Assembly: GCA_038087875.1 (NCBI GenBank)
Contig: JAXLNO010000406.1
Span: 62,001 to 126,000, forward strand
From: Malacoraja senta
Taxonomy: Eukaryota
DNA: 64,000 bases
Direction: 5' to 3'
This document shows, one piece after another, positions 22,701 through 35,549 of the stretch. The stretch's first letter is position 1. Every line of letters begins with the position of its first letter. The position numbers and the translations under genes are program-made. Under the pieces are notes generated by a model. The model saw only the letters and a list, made by a program, of their open reading frames with translations, did not search any database and was not told where the DNA came from.

Positions 22701-23830
22701 AAGGCAAAATTAGGGCACATGGTATTGGGGGTATAGTGCTGACATAGAGAAGTAGTTGGCAGACATGAAACGAAGAGTAGGGATTAACGGCTCCCTTTCA
22801 GAATGGCAGGCAGTGACCAGTGGGGCACCGCAAGGCTCGGTGCTGGGACCGCAGCTATTTACAATATACATCAATGATTTGGATGAAGGGATTCAAAGTA
22901 ACATTAGCAAATTTGCAGATGACACCAAGCTGGGTGGCAGTGTGAACTGTGAGGAGGATGCTATGAGAATTCAGGGTGACTTGGACAGGTTGGGGGAGTG
23001 GGCAGATGCGTGGCAGATGAAGTTTAATGCGGATAAATGTGAGATTATCCACTTTGGTAGCAAAAACAGGAAGGCAAATTACTATCTAAATGGCGTCAAG
23101 TTGGGAAAAGGGGAAGTACAACGGGATCTGGGGGTCCTTCTACATCAGTGTATGAAAGTAAGCATGCAGGTACAGCAGGCAGTGAAGAAAGCGAATGGCA
23201 TATTGGCCTTTATAACAAGAGGAATCGAATAGAGGAGCAAAGAGGTCCTTCTGCAGTTGTACTGAGCCCTAGTGAGACCACACCTGGAGTATTGTGTGCA
23301 GTTTTGGTCCTCTAATTTGAGGAAGGGCATTGTTGCTATTGAGGGAGTGCAGCGTACGTTTACAAGGTTAATTCCCGGATGGCGGGACTGTCATATGCTG
23401 AGAGAATGGAGCTGCTGAGCTGTACACTCTGGAGTTTAGAAGGATGAGAGGGTATCTCATATAAGATTGTTAAGGGTTTGGACACGGTAGAGGCAGGAAA
23501 CGTATTCCCGATGTTGAGAGAGTCCAGGATCAGGGCCACAGTTTAAGAATAAGGAGTAAGCCATTTAGAACCGAGACGAGGAAACACTTTTTCTCACAGA
23601 GAGTGGTGAGTCTGTGGAATTCTCTGCCTCAGAGGGCGGTGGAGGCCGATTCTCTGGACGATTTCAAGAGATAGCTAGATAGGGCTCTTAAAAATAGCGG
23701 AGTCAGGGGATATGAGGAGAAGGCAGGAACGGGGTACTGATTGGGGATGATCAGCCATGATCACATCGAAGGGCTCGAAGGGCCGAATGCCTACTCCTGC
23801 ACCTATTGTCTATTGTTTATTGTCTATTGA
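19770..23830 (+). mobile_element. Near full-length CR1 LINE (ORF1 with Cys motifs, coiled-coil and SGNH esterase; ORF2 APE and RT), inactivated, inside TRIM-B intron 5
   Basis: ORF1 pieces QCEACRMWE, CYNCGKC..LEKQLDDLR and HVGTNDIG..DGLHLN. ORF2 pieces YMNAQSIRNK..ITETWL, GDFN, SDHN, YLDFQKAFD, PQGSVLGP and KFADDTKL. (CTATTGT)n tail. Several stops and frameshifts. Confidence 0.93.
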
Positions 23831-23944
23831 TCCTGGACCTGTAACCAAGAATTCATTCAACTCACGCTAAACCAATATATGGGCTTTCGTGGGGCATTGG
23901 ACATGTTCCCTCATGGTGGGCGAGTGGCGAAAGAGAAGGCATAT

Positions 23945-26900
23945 GATATCCGATATGACCTGGATAATTGGATACAAGATTGACTTGGTTTAAGGAGGCA
24001 GAGGGTATTAGCATCAGGATAGTTTTGTGATTGAAAGGTATGGAATGGTAGTGGCTATCTGTTCGCAGTGGTCTTCAGCAGGGATCTGTCCTGGGATTGT
24101 TGGTGGTTATGATATATATTAACGACCACTTTCCGTGCCGTCGGCATGTGAAGTCCATTTGTACTGACATGGAAATTGTTGGTGCTCTGGGTCACATGTA
24201 AGGCTATCTAGGCTGGTCAGCCTCACTTGGTGTATTGTGTGCAGGTCGACAGGCTCAAGGAAGGATGTGTTTGTACTGTAGAGGGAACAGAGGAGATTCA
24301 TCGGGTCGGAATCGGATTAATTGATTCATTGAGTCTGAAGTAGGGTCTCGACACGAAACATCACCCATTCCTTCTCTGCCTGTCCCGCTAAGTTACTCCA
24401 GCATTTGTTGTCTACCTTCGATTTAAACCAGCAGCTGCACTACAGTGAGAAATTCGGCACAAGATCTCAATTTTCCAGGTGTATGTGGCGTAAGAGGATC
24501 TTTGCCTGGACAAATAGCTGGGCGTATTCCGCTGAGAAAAAGCCTTGACTGAGGTGAATGATAGTTTCCCTGACGAATCTAATTCAAGCAATGCCTCAAC
24601 ATGATAGACAGTTAATAACTGTGAACCTCGCGATTCCAACAGGGCCAACACTGAGTCACCAGAAACTTCAGTCACTGACAAGTCAGAGAGAGTTATGGCA
24701 CAGATTTCCCTCTCTGAAGATTGCCCATAAATTTTGATAACAATCCTGGTCAGCACATTGATACCACATTTCAATACTTAAGATCATAATATCATAAGTG
24801 ATAGGAGTAAAATTAGGCCGGTCGGCCCATCAAGTCCACTCCGCCATTCTATAGTGGCTGACCTAACTCTCCCCCTAAACCCACTCCTTCTCCTTCTCCC
24901 CAAAACTGCTAACTCCCGTACTAATCAAGAATCTATCTATCTCTGCCTTAAAATATCCACTGACTTGGATTCCACAGTTTATTGTGGCAAAGAATTCCAC
25001 TGATTAACCAGCCGCTGACGAAAGAAATTTCTCATCATCTCCTTCCTAAAAGAAAGTCCGTTAATTCTGAGGCTATGACCTCTAGCCCTAGACTCTCCCA
25101 CTAGTGGAAACATCCTCTCCACATCCTCTCTATCGAAGCCTTTTACTATTCTGTATGTTTCAATGAGGGCCCCCCTCATCATTCTAAACTCCTGCGAGTA
25201 CAAAAGCTACTCATTCCTGGGATTATTCTTGTAAACCTCCTCAGGCCCTTCTCCAGAGCCAGCACATCCTTCCTCAGATATGATGTCCAAAATTACTCAT
25301 AATATTCCAAATGCGGCCTTACCAGCACCTGATAGAGCCTCAGCATTACATCCCTGTTTTTGTATACAAGCTCTCTTGAGTTTGCTTTCTTTACTACCAA
25401 TTAGACTCGCAGATTAACTTTTTGGGACTAGTTTTAACTAGATTTTAGATAAATCCATTTTAAATCAATTGAATAAGTAACTGGGTGTTTTCGTCCAAGA
25501 CAAAACTCCTGGCTGAGGTCAATGCTAGTTTGTCTGACGCGACTCCATCACTAATTCATTATTTTTTTAATTAACTTCTCTTTTGAAAAGCAAGGAGAGG
25601 GAAGAATTTCATTTTCATATTTGTCTTCACTCCTTACAATGCTATGTACGACAGTGATCGCAACTTCTACTGAAGTGTGGATGGCCGTGGGCTCGCTAGA
25701 AGCTCATCCGCCCTTTGACAGGTCTTGTATTTGGACCTGCTGGGGGTCCACAGCCCCCTCCTCGCCTAGCAAACCAGGTGGGGGACGGTTTAGTCGCCGA
25801 CTATAGGACCATGGGGCAGGTAGCACGGGATGACATGGTACCCGTGGCTGGTTAAACTCCCCCGATCTGACAATGCTTCAACATGGTGGCTAGTTAATAA
25901 CAATGATGTCATAACTCCAGCAGGGGGCAGACATGAGTTAACCAAAGTCAGTGCTCAATGACAGGACAAGCAGGATCAGTGGCACATATATCCTTCTCTG
26001 ATGGAACCCCGTGTATTTTTATGACAATCCTGGTCATCAAATTCCCATCAGTTTTCAATACCTCTGATTTAATTAAGTCAAGTTTTCTTTGCTGGCTACC
26101 TGGTAGAATTCAACTTGTATCATGGCGTGCTTCTGCGGTGCGGATGGGATTAAGATATAATATGTCATCTAGCAGTCTGTGTCTTGGCTGTGCTCCTGTG
26201 TTGGTGTGTTCAGGATTTTAACATCTCCAGCTGACCACTTGACTGTGAAGCTTCCTAACGGGTGAGATTGGTGCTGGTATAAAACTTTAGTTCCCCTTCA
26301 GTTCATCATTACGGTCAATCTTTGCATCTATTTACAACTTAAATATGTCACCCACAAAAGAAGATAGGAATCCATATGTTTTACCTTGGTGAATCGCAAC
26401 AACTGGTTCTCTTAAGACTGCGTTCAACCAGAAGAGGTGAGTGAATTTTTCATCCAGTATGGCACCATCTGTCAGTGACAATGTCACTGATTCATCACTA
26501 ATTCTGCAAATATTAAATAACCGGTTAGAACCTGCGCATCGACATGTTTATGTGACTTTACAGATCCGTGCAGAGTTTAACTGAAGAGCATGTCCTACCT
26601 CCTCTTGCGACCAGCTTCCTCCTGAAATAAAGAAAGCAGAAATTGACTGAGGGAAAAGCAATTTCACGCAAATTATTTCACATAGTTGAAAATTATTATT
26701 TTCTGACTCGTTCTCACATTGTCACACAGAGGACACTGCATTGATGTAAGCAATGCAGGAGGGTTGTGAAATGCTTGTGAAAATTATGCTTTAACTCAGA
26801 GGATGCAATGTACAAGAAAGTCTGGACGTGTTGTGAATTTTCTGCTGAATAATGTCATAAGTGATAGGAGCAGAATTAGACCATTCGGCCCATCAAGACT

Positions 26901-29900
26901 ACTCCGATATTCATTCTTGGCTGATCTATTTCTCCCTCCTAACCCCATTCTCCTACCTTCTCCCAATAACCTCCAACATACGTACTAATCAATAATCTAT
27001 ATATACCTGCCCTAAAAAAAATTCTACTCACTTGGCCACCAAGGTCGAGGTCAGTGTCGAAAAACTCTCTCATATGTTAACCAACAATAAGCTGTTAATC
27101 AAGATTGTTTGGAGGAATTTAAGATTAATGATGGATTAGATTGGGTGTAGATGGAGAATGAATCACCGGTTCTGCAGATACCAAAACACAAATGTAAAAT
27201 TCAAAGTGGCCTGGAGCAAATCCTGTCAGAAATTCAGTGATCAGAATGTGGAATTCGCGCCCACATGTCTGGTCAATGCAGATAATAATGTAACGTAAGG
27301 AATGTAATGCTGAGGCTTTGCATGGCCCTGGTCGGACAGCATTTGGAGTATTGTGAGCAATTGTGGGCACCATATCTGAGGAAGGATGTGCTGGTGCTGA
27401 AGAGGATCCAAATGAGCTTTACTAGAATGACGGAAGATAAAAATGCTGGAGAAATTCAGCGGGTGAGGCAGCATCTATGGAACGAAGGAAATAGGCAACG
27501 TTTCGGGCCGAAACCCTTCTTCCGACTGATTGGGGTGGGGGGGGAGGGTGGGGGGAGGGGAGGGAAGGGGGAGGGTAGGGAAGAAGAAAGGAAGAGGAGG
27601 AGACAGTGGGCTGAGGGAGAGCTGGGAAGGGGAGGAGAAAGCAGGGATTACCCGAAATTAGAGAAGTCAATGTTCATACCGCTGGGGTGCAAACTGCCCA
27701 AGCGAAATATGAGGAGCTGCTCCTCCAATTTACGGTGGTCCTCACTCTGGCTATGGAGGTGGCCCAGAGTGAGGACCTGAATTTAATAGAATGGCTCCCA
27801 GTATTGAGTGGGTTAACTTATGATGAGTGTTTGACGGCACTGGGACCGTACTTGCTGGAGTTTCGAAAGATGAGGACCCCATTGAAACTTACTGAATAGT
27901 TAAAGGCCTGGATAGATTTGATGTGGAGGGGATGTATCCACTGTTGAATGAGACTAGGAGCAGAGGGCATAGCCTCAGAATAAAAGGATGTACATTTAGG
28001 AAGGAGATGAGGAGGAATTTATTGACTAGGTGAATCCGTGGAATTCCTTGCCATAGGAGGCTGCAATGCCGTCAACGGACATTTTAGGGCAGTGATAGAT
28101 GGATTCTTGATTAGCACGGGTTTCAGGGTTCATGGGGAGAAGGCAGGACAATCGAGTAGAGAGGGTGAGCAAGATCAGCCATGATTGAATGGCAGAGTAT
28201 ACTTAATGGGCCGAATGGTCTAATTCGTCTACGATGACATGAGATAGCAGAGCGTGTTTGAAAGGGGGTCGTTGGATAAATACAGGTAATGATAAAAGTT
28301 GCATTTGCGCAAATATATCGCTCCCAATGTTGTGACTGCAGTTTCATTGAACGAGATTGAAACATAACCCCTGACCTTCAGAAATAACACGGTGTCTGTT
28401 TGTTCCATTCGCCCCTGCAGCTCTGAGAGTTGCTCCTCAATAGAGTTTAAATTCTCTTGAATGTCTTGAAGATTTTTCTCCATTGGACTTAGAATCTTCT
28501 CCTCATCCTCCTTGATCTCTCCGAGAATGCTCTGCTCTTTCTTCACGAGAATCTGGTGCAGTTCATCAAACTGAGATGTGACGTGAGACTCGAGGCTTTG
28601 TGACTGCTCCTGTCAAATGAAACATGAAGATTGTCAGAATCCTTTTCCATGAAATATATTCGTCCTCACGTTCACATTATCTCCCACCGATACCCAGATC
28701 CCGCCTTCAGTAGGTTAATTACAGCAGTTAACTAAATCGACGTAGACACACAATGTGGAGTAACTCAGTGGGACAGGCAACATCTCTGGAGAGAAGTAAT
28801 GGGTGATGTTTCGGGTCGAGACCCTTCTTCAGTCTGATCCGTTTCGGGTCGAGACCCTTCATCAGACTGAGTTACTCCAGCATTTTCGTTCTAGCTTCAA
28901 TTTAAACCAGCATCTGCATTTCTTTCCTACACAAATTAAATGGACGTGTTATGCAGATGAGGGCGGAGCCCATCCTGGTCACAGCGAGAACATGGCGGTT
29001 TCACGCAGAGAGTACCAGAGGTCAGGGTCGAACCACGGTGATTAAAGCTGCGAAACAGGGGAACTAACTGCTGTCACACTACGCTGTAGTGAATTATCCA
29101 AAATACAAAACTACACAACACGATCAGAAATGCCACACAGCAAGGTCTCACCCGGACTTGGGAAATCTTCTGCTTCTGTTGCTCTTTCCATTTCCTGGAT
29201 GGCTGATTTATTTGTTGCCAGAGATTGTATGGATGATTTAACCTGATCCTGGGAATCAGAGAGAAAGGGGGTTAGACAATAAACATTCAAGCACGTGATC
29301 GTAGTCGGGTTGCTTTTACCTTGTAGATTTCAACAGCTTCTTTAATCGGTATGAAGCTGTGAGACTTGTGTTCCCGCGCATCTCGACAAACCAGGCAGAT
29401 CAGTTTCTTGTCAGTTTCACAAAACAGCTTCAGTTCTTCCTGGTGTTCCTCGCAGTGATGTTTACTTTCCTTCTCTTCCGTATTCAGGCTCAGTGTTCGA
29501 GCTTTCTCAGACAGTCTCGCCAAGGCCCGATTAACTTTGAGGCTGCGGTCAGCAAACTGCTCTCTACATTCCGGGCAGGAGTTTCTCCCTCCCTGTCCCA
29601 ACTCTGTGTGATACAGGAGCGGCAGTAGTTGTGCCCACAATCCAGTGACACCGGATCGGTGAAGAAATCCAGGCCGATGGGACAAAGTGCCTCCTCTGTT
29701 AAATTCTCGACCTGCTCTTTAGAAGCCATTTTAACTCCTGCCACTTCCTGGTTTGAAACTGCTTTCACTGTGGAGCTGCTGTAGGTTTCAGGGTGAACGT
29801 GTTCTAGGTGACCGTGTCCTGACCTCAAATACCCATGGGTTTAGTGAGATGTTAGACCGGTATATAAATGTAAACGCAGGGACAGTTTAGAGCAGGACAG

Positions 29901-30039
29901 AAAATGACATGGCCTAAAAAGAAAGTTGTAAAACGATGGTTAAAATCATCGCTGTTTCAGCAAGTAAAATAAAATTAAAAACTGCAAACACAATTAAAAA
30001 TAAACACGTCCATGGCAGTGCAGGCGGTAGTGCAACTCG
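23945..30039 (-). repeat. Left arm of a large inverted segmental duplication (partner 55761-56193 plus 58147-64000)
   Basis: Reverse complement aligns almost base for base with the TRIM-C region, including introns and intronic TEs. Many ORF-track translations are near identical, for example 25621-25806 and 62125-62310. Confidence 0.95.
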
Positions 30040-30239
30040 NNNNNNNNNNNNNNNNNNNNNNNNNNNNNNNNNNNNNNNNNNNNNNNNNNNNNNNNNNNNN
30101 NNNNNNNNNNNNNNNNNNNNNNNNNNNNNNNNNNNNNNNNNNNNNNNNNNNNNNNNNNNNNNNNNNNNNNNNNNNNNNNNNNNNNNNNNNNNNNNNNNNN
30201 NNNNNNNNNNNNNNNNNNNNNNNNNNNNNNNNNNNNNNN
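30040..30239. other. Assembly gap (200 N)
   Basis: Run of N. The round length suggests a scaffolding join of unknown true size. Confidence 0.99.
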
Positions 30240-31261
30240 TGTTCCTTTTCTCCAGTAGTCTTTGTTATTGCAAGATATAATGAGTGGTGTGTCACAGAGA
30301 TTGGTAGAGGGCCGCAACATTTTTACAGTTTATATAAATGACCTCGATGAAAGCTAAATTTGCTGATGACACAGAAATAGCAAGTTATGAAAAGGACATA
30401 AGGAGGCTACTGAGGAAAATGGAAAAATAAAGTGAATGGACACAGATCTGTCAGCAGAGCCTGAAAACTGTAACGTCCAGGTTCAGGAACAGCTACTTCC
30501 CCACAGCCATCAGGCTATTAAACACAACACTGAACAAGCTTTGAGCACTGAACTACAAAAGACTATATTATTATTTGTTATTTCCACCACATTTGTTATT
30601 TGTTTAACTTTTTCTTTTCCCCCCCGTTATGAACAATGTTACATAGTCACATATTCTGTTGTGCTGCAGCAAGTAAGAATTTCAATGTCCCGTCCTGGAC
30701 ATATGACAATAAAACACTTTTGACTTGATTCTTGAGCATAGACTATATGGAAAAAGCTAAATTGGTGTTTTGGCAGGAAATATAAGAAAAGAAGAAGCAT
30801 GTATATCTAAATGTAGGATAAGATTTAATGAATCAAGTAAGGCCCATTTCAAGTCAATTAAAATGATAAAAGTTTAAATGCCATTTTAAATTGAAAATAG
30901 AGCAATCAGATTCATTAAAGGTGTGATTGGAGTTGCAGCTGTTTTATTTTTATGAAATCTAACCTTATTACGGCTCAGGCCTTAAGGAACCCATGTTTCC
31001 TGTGTTCATTATACAGTTCTGCTGGCTGTATAATAATGAAAAATAGAAGATCATCCTTTAAGTTGATGGCAACTGCATGAGGTTAGATGAATCCAGAATG
31101 TGTCCACCTCTGCGCACTTTAGATATCTGCTTCAGCACAATTGAACAATTATTTGGGACTCCGAAAGAAAGTTGGAGCATAGGCCAAGCATAATGAGAAA
31201 CAATGATGAAAGGTCCATCATGGATCCTCCAGTTTCTCCCAGCGTCCATTTCCAATCTCGT

Positions 31262-31782
31262 ACATTCTTGCTATTGAGGGAATGCGGCGTAGGTTCACCA
31301 GGTTACTTCCCGGGATGGCGGGATTGTCATATGCTGAGAGAATGGAGCTGCTAGGCTTGTATACTCTGGAGTTTAGAAGGATGAGAGGGTATCTTATTGA
31401 AACATATAAAGTTATTAAGGGTTTGGACACGCTAGAGGCAGGAAACATGTTCCCGATGTTGGGGGAGTCCAGAACAAGGGGCCACACAGTTTACGAATAA
31501 GGGGTAAGCCATTTAGAACGGAGACGAGGAAACATTTTTTTTTCACACAGAGAGTTGTGAGTCTGTGGAATTCTCTGCCTCAGAGGGCGGTGGAGGCCGG
31601 TTCTCTGGTTGCTTTCAAGAGAGAGCTAGATAGGGCTCTTAAAGATAGCGGAGTCAGGGGATATGGGGAGAAGGCAGGAACGGGGTACTGATTGGGTATG
31701 ATCAGCATGAACACATAGAATGGCGGTGCTGGCTTGAAGGGCGGAATGGCCTACTCCTGCACCTAATAACTATTGCCTATTG
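31262..31782 (+). mobile_element. CR1 LINE 3' fragment
   Basis: Reads [34 protein letters not shown] and ends in a CR1 tail. Confidence 0.88.
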
Positions 31783-32326
31783 TACCAATCCCCATCCGCG
31801 CTTTTCCAATCCACCCAGTGCATTTTCTCCAACAACCCAGTCACACCATCTCTGAGTTCCAACTATCTCCAGCTGTCAATCTCCAAGATTACACTGGCTT
31901 CATTCGTCTAGCACTGATATCTCGCCATCTCCGAAGATAGACACAAAAAGCTGGAGTAACTCAGCGGGACAGGCAGCATCTCTGGAGTGAAGGAATGGGT
32001 GACGTTTCGGGTCGAAACCCTTCTTCAGAACCGAAACGTCACCCATACCTTCTCTCCAGAGATGCTGCCTGTGCCGCTGAGTTACTCCAGCTTGTCGTGC
32101 CTATCTTCGGTTAAAACCAGCATCTGCAGTTCTTTCCTGCAAACTACAAACCTGTACGTCTTTGGAGGGCGGGAGGAAACCGATGATTACGGAGAAAACC
32201 CACGCGGTCACGGGGAGAACGTACAAACTCCAGACAGACAGCACCCGTAATCTGGATCTTACCTACAGTATCGATCCGTCCTCAATCATTCTTCTAAAAT
32301 ATATTCTGAAGAAGGGTCCGCGGCCC

Positions 32327-32850
32327 GAAACGTCACCTATCCATGTTCTCCACAGATGCTGCCTGACCCGCTGAGTTACTCCAGCACTCTGTGAAACGTC
32401 ACCTATCCATGTTCTCCACAGATGCTGCCTGTCCCGCTGAGTTACTCCAGCACTCTGTGAAACGTCACCTATCCATGTTCTCCATAGATGCTGCCTGACC
32501 CGCTGAGTTACTCCAGCACTCTGTGAAACGTCACCTATCCATGTTCTCCACAGATGCTGCCTGACCCGCTGAGTTACTCCAGCACTCTGTGAAACGTCAC
32601 CTATCAATGTTCTCCACAGATGCTGCCTGACCCGCTGAGTTACTCCAGCACTCTGTGAAACGTCACTATCCATGTTCTCCACAGATGCTGCCTGTCCCGC
32701 TGAGTTACTCCAGCACTCTGTGAAACGTCACCTATCCATGTTCTCCCACAGATGCTGCCTGACCCGCTGAGTTACTCCAGCACTCTGTGAAACGTCACCT
32801 ATCCATGTTCTTCACAGATGCTGCCTGACCCGCTGGGTTACTCGGGCACT
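32327..32850 (+). repeat. 66-bp tandem array (8 copies) derived from the Penelope-like terminal repeat
   Basis: Unit GAAACGTCACCTATCCATGTTCTCCACAGATGCTGCCTGACCCGCTGAGTTACTCCAGCACTCTGT. Gives a 22-aa repeating pseudo-ORF. Confidence 0.92.
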
Positions 32851-33379
32851 TGGTGTCTATTTGTAAACCGGCATCTGCAGTTCCTTCAAGCTTGTACTGA
32901 TATAAAGTACCCAAGTTTGCTTTTAAGGAGATGTGGCTCGGCGTGAATAGTTTTTACAATTGCCCTGACATCTGATGGCTCCGTGCACAGGCGAGGGAGT
33001 TTGTTTTGTGCATATGGCCGCAGCTTCCACCCAAAGAAACACAACCTGTATTGCGCAAAGGCACAGACTTGCACAGTATGGTCACAGGGTAAGAAATACA
33101 TGATCTGTGGGGTTTCATCGTGAGCTAATAGAAGACACAGATGAAGCATATTGTCAAGGCATCCGTATCCCTGGATTTATTCCCAGCGAAAAACAGATTC
33201 ACAGATGCCTGTTAGGGTGTGAGGTGTGCCTCTAACAGCACAAGATGTCTTTTCAATGATAAAGTGCTGGGGGATAATCCTCTCTACATACTATTAAAAC
33301 CCTCTCATATATATTTGGATAGAAAGAATGGGTGACGGTTTGTTCCGAAACCCTTCTTCAGGTCTGACCCTTCTTCAGC

Positions 33380-33700
33380 ACAAATTGGAGGAACAGCACC
33401 TCATATATCGCCTGGGCAGCTTACACCCCAGCGGTATGAACATTGACTTCTCTAACTTCAAGTAGCCCTTGCTTTCCCTCTCTCTCCATCCCTCCCCCTT
33501 CCCAGTTCTCCCACCAGTCTGACTGTCTCCGACTACAGTCTATCTCTGTCCTGTCCACTACCCTGACATCAGTCTGAAGAAGGGTCTCGACCCGAAACGT
33601 CACCCACTCCTTCTCTCCAGAGACGCTGCTTGTCCCGCTGAGTTACTCCGGAATTTTGTTTCTATCTTCGGTTTAATCCTGCATCTGCAGTTCCTTCCCG
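33380..33700 (+). mobile_element. Penelope-like 3' end with hammerhead-like motif at 33574-33601
   Basis: Reads [27 protein letters not shown], then CATCAGTCTGAAGAAGGGTCTCGACCCGAAACGTCACC. Confidence 0.8.
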
Positions 33701-34099
33701 CAACTCTTATATATTTGCTGTATAGAGTACTCAGCACGCTGACTATATTTTAAATCATTGATGCCCACAGGCAAATGCATTTATTTTTCTTTGTCAGGAT
33801 TCATAACAGACTCCTATTGAAATTGGTTGAAGTTTAGTTTAGTTCATTATTGTCATGTGTAGAGCGAAATAGCTTATTGTTGTGTGACACAAAAGACACA
33901 AAGTGCTGGAGTAACGAAAATAATGATTTCAGGAGTGAGGAAATTGTGTTTTGTTGAACAGCCATGTTTAGGATGATACACCAAGAGTTGACTAGATTAA
34001 AGAGCTTTGAATCATTATGGAAACAGGACCTTCAGCCCAACTCATCTAAGCTAATCCTACTTCACCATGTTTGGACCAGATCCTTCGAAATCATTTCTA

Positions 34100-34540
34100 T
34101 CTGTATACCTCGTCAAGTATGGGAACCCATAACACCATGGGAACCCATCAGCTCTCGCCTCATCTCCGCAACCTTCAAAAACCAACAACAAGAGATTGAT
34201 GGCCCACATAATCCAATGTGGACCCGTGGAAAGGAACAAGCCAGGTGCCCATTGACTTACCAATTCGTAGGAGAAAATGGAGTTGGATTGGACACCCCCC
34301 CAGGAAACCTGCCACAAACATCACCCGGCAAGCCCTGAAATGGAACTTCCAAGGAAAAATGAAAAAGAGGTCGCCCCAGGAACAGCTGGAGAAGAGGTGT
34401 CCAGACAGAAATGTCTGAGAGTGGGCTCAACTGGGGAGATGTCGAGAGAACTGCCAACACCCGAGTGAGGTGGAGGTCATTTGTCAATGGCATGTGCTCC
34501 CTAGAGGAGCAAAGGGCTTAAGAAGAAGAAGAAGAAGACC
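34100..34540 (+). mobile_element. RTE-clade LINE 3' fragment
   Basis: Reads IRRRKWSWIGH..RKPATNITRQALKWNFQGK and ends in an (AAG)n tail. Confidence 0.75.
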
Positions 34541-35136
34541 TAGTCAAGTGTCTTTGATGGCAGCACAGTGGCGCAGCGGTAGAGTTGCTGCCTTACAGCG
34601 CCTGATACCCGGGTTCGATCCTGACAGCGAGGGCTGTCTGTGCAGAGTTTGTACATTCTCCCTGTTACCGTGTGGGTTTTCCATCTATGGACCTGTCCAA
34701 ATTGTTCTTAAATATTGCGATAGTCCCTGTCTCAACGACCTATTCTGGCAGCTCATTCCATATACCCACCACAACTTATGTGGAAAATTCACTCCTCAGA
34801 TTCCTATTAAATCTTTCCCCCTTCACCTTAAATGTCCTCTAGTTCTTGATCCCTCTACTCTGGACAAGAGACTCTGTGCGTCAACCAGATTTATTACTCT
34901 CGTGGTTTTGTGCACCTCTATAAGACCACCCCCTCATTTCCTGTGCTCTTATTGTGGGATCAAAATGTAACTCGATTAGTTTGTCCAAAGGCAGTTCTGC
35001 CCAGCTCTGTCGTGGAAGTAGTTTGGCTGCAATGGTCGTGAAACAGTCATTTCACTTCCCCTCGAGCAGGTTTTGGATCAAATTAGCCCCCCACTGTCAG
35101 CACAGCTTCAATCTCCGGCAAAGCTTAATGTGATAG

Positions 35137-35217
35137 GGGGAGAGAGCGAAGGAGGGGGAGAGAGAGGGAGAGAGAGAGGGAGAGCGAGAGAGCGAGAGAA
35201 CGAGAGAGCGAGGGAGA

Positions 35218-35301
<84 letters not shown>

Positions 35302-35430
35302 CAGAGAGAGAGTGAGAGATGGAGGGAGGGAGAGGGAGAGAGAGAGAGAGAGGGAGAGGGAGAGGGGGAGGGAGGGGAGAGAGGGGGAGAGAGGGGGAGG
35401 GAGAGAGAGAGGGAGAGGGGGGAGGGGGAA
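35137..35430. repeat. (GA)n / polypurine tract
   Basis: Direct reading of the sequence. Confidence 0.95.
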
Positions 35431-35549
35431 AGATTAGCTCAGCTTCAGAAATCAGTTGGCCTAATTATGTGATGGGGGTTCCGGGCAGGTGAAATATCGC
35501 TGATGAGTAAGGTGGACTTTTCCCTTGAATATAATTCCTCTCGCCGACT

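Larger units (their letters stand above)
18913..29729 (-). pseudogene. TRIM-B: six-exon RING/B-box/coiled-coil/B30.2 gene, frameshifted as assembled
   Basis: Exons 29729-29320 (410 nt, -1), 29248-29152 (97 nt, +1), 28609-28376 (234), 26621-26599 (23), 26503-26385 (119) and 19443-18913 (two -1). All introns are GT-AG. RING CPIC is CPIG. Confidence 0.85.

Noticed and set aside
29152..29590. The -1 (exon 1) and +1 (exon 2) indels of TRIM-B as compensating frameshifts
   Set aside because: The shifted frame hits a stop at 29490 before the second indel.
32327..32850. Possible CRISPR-like array
   Set aside because: Head-to-tail identical units with no unique spacers, in vertebrate DNA with no cas genes.
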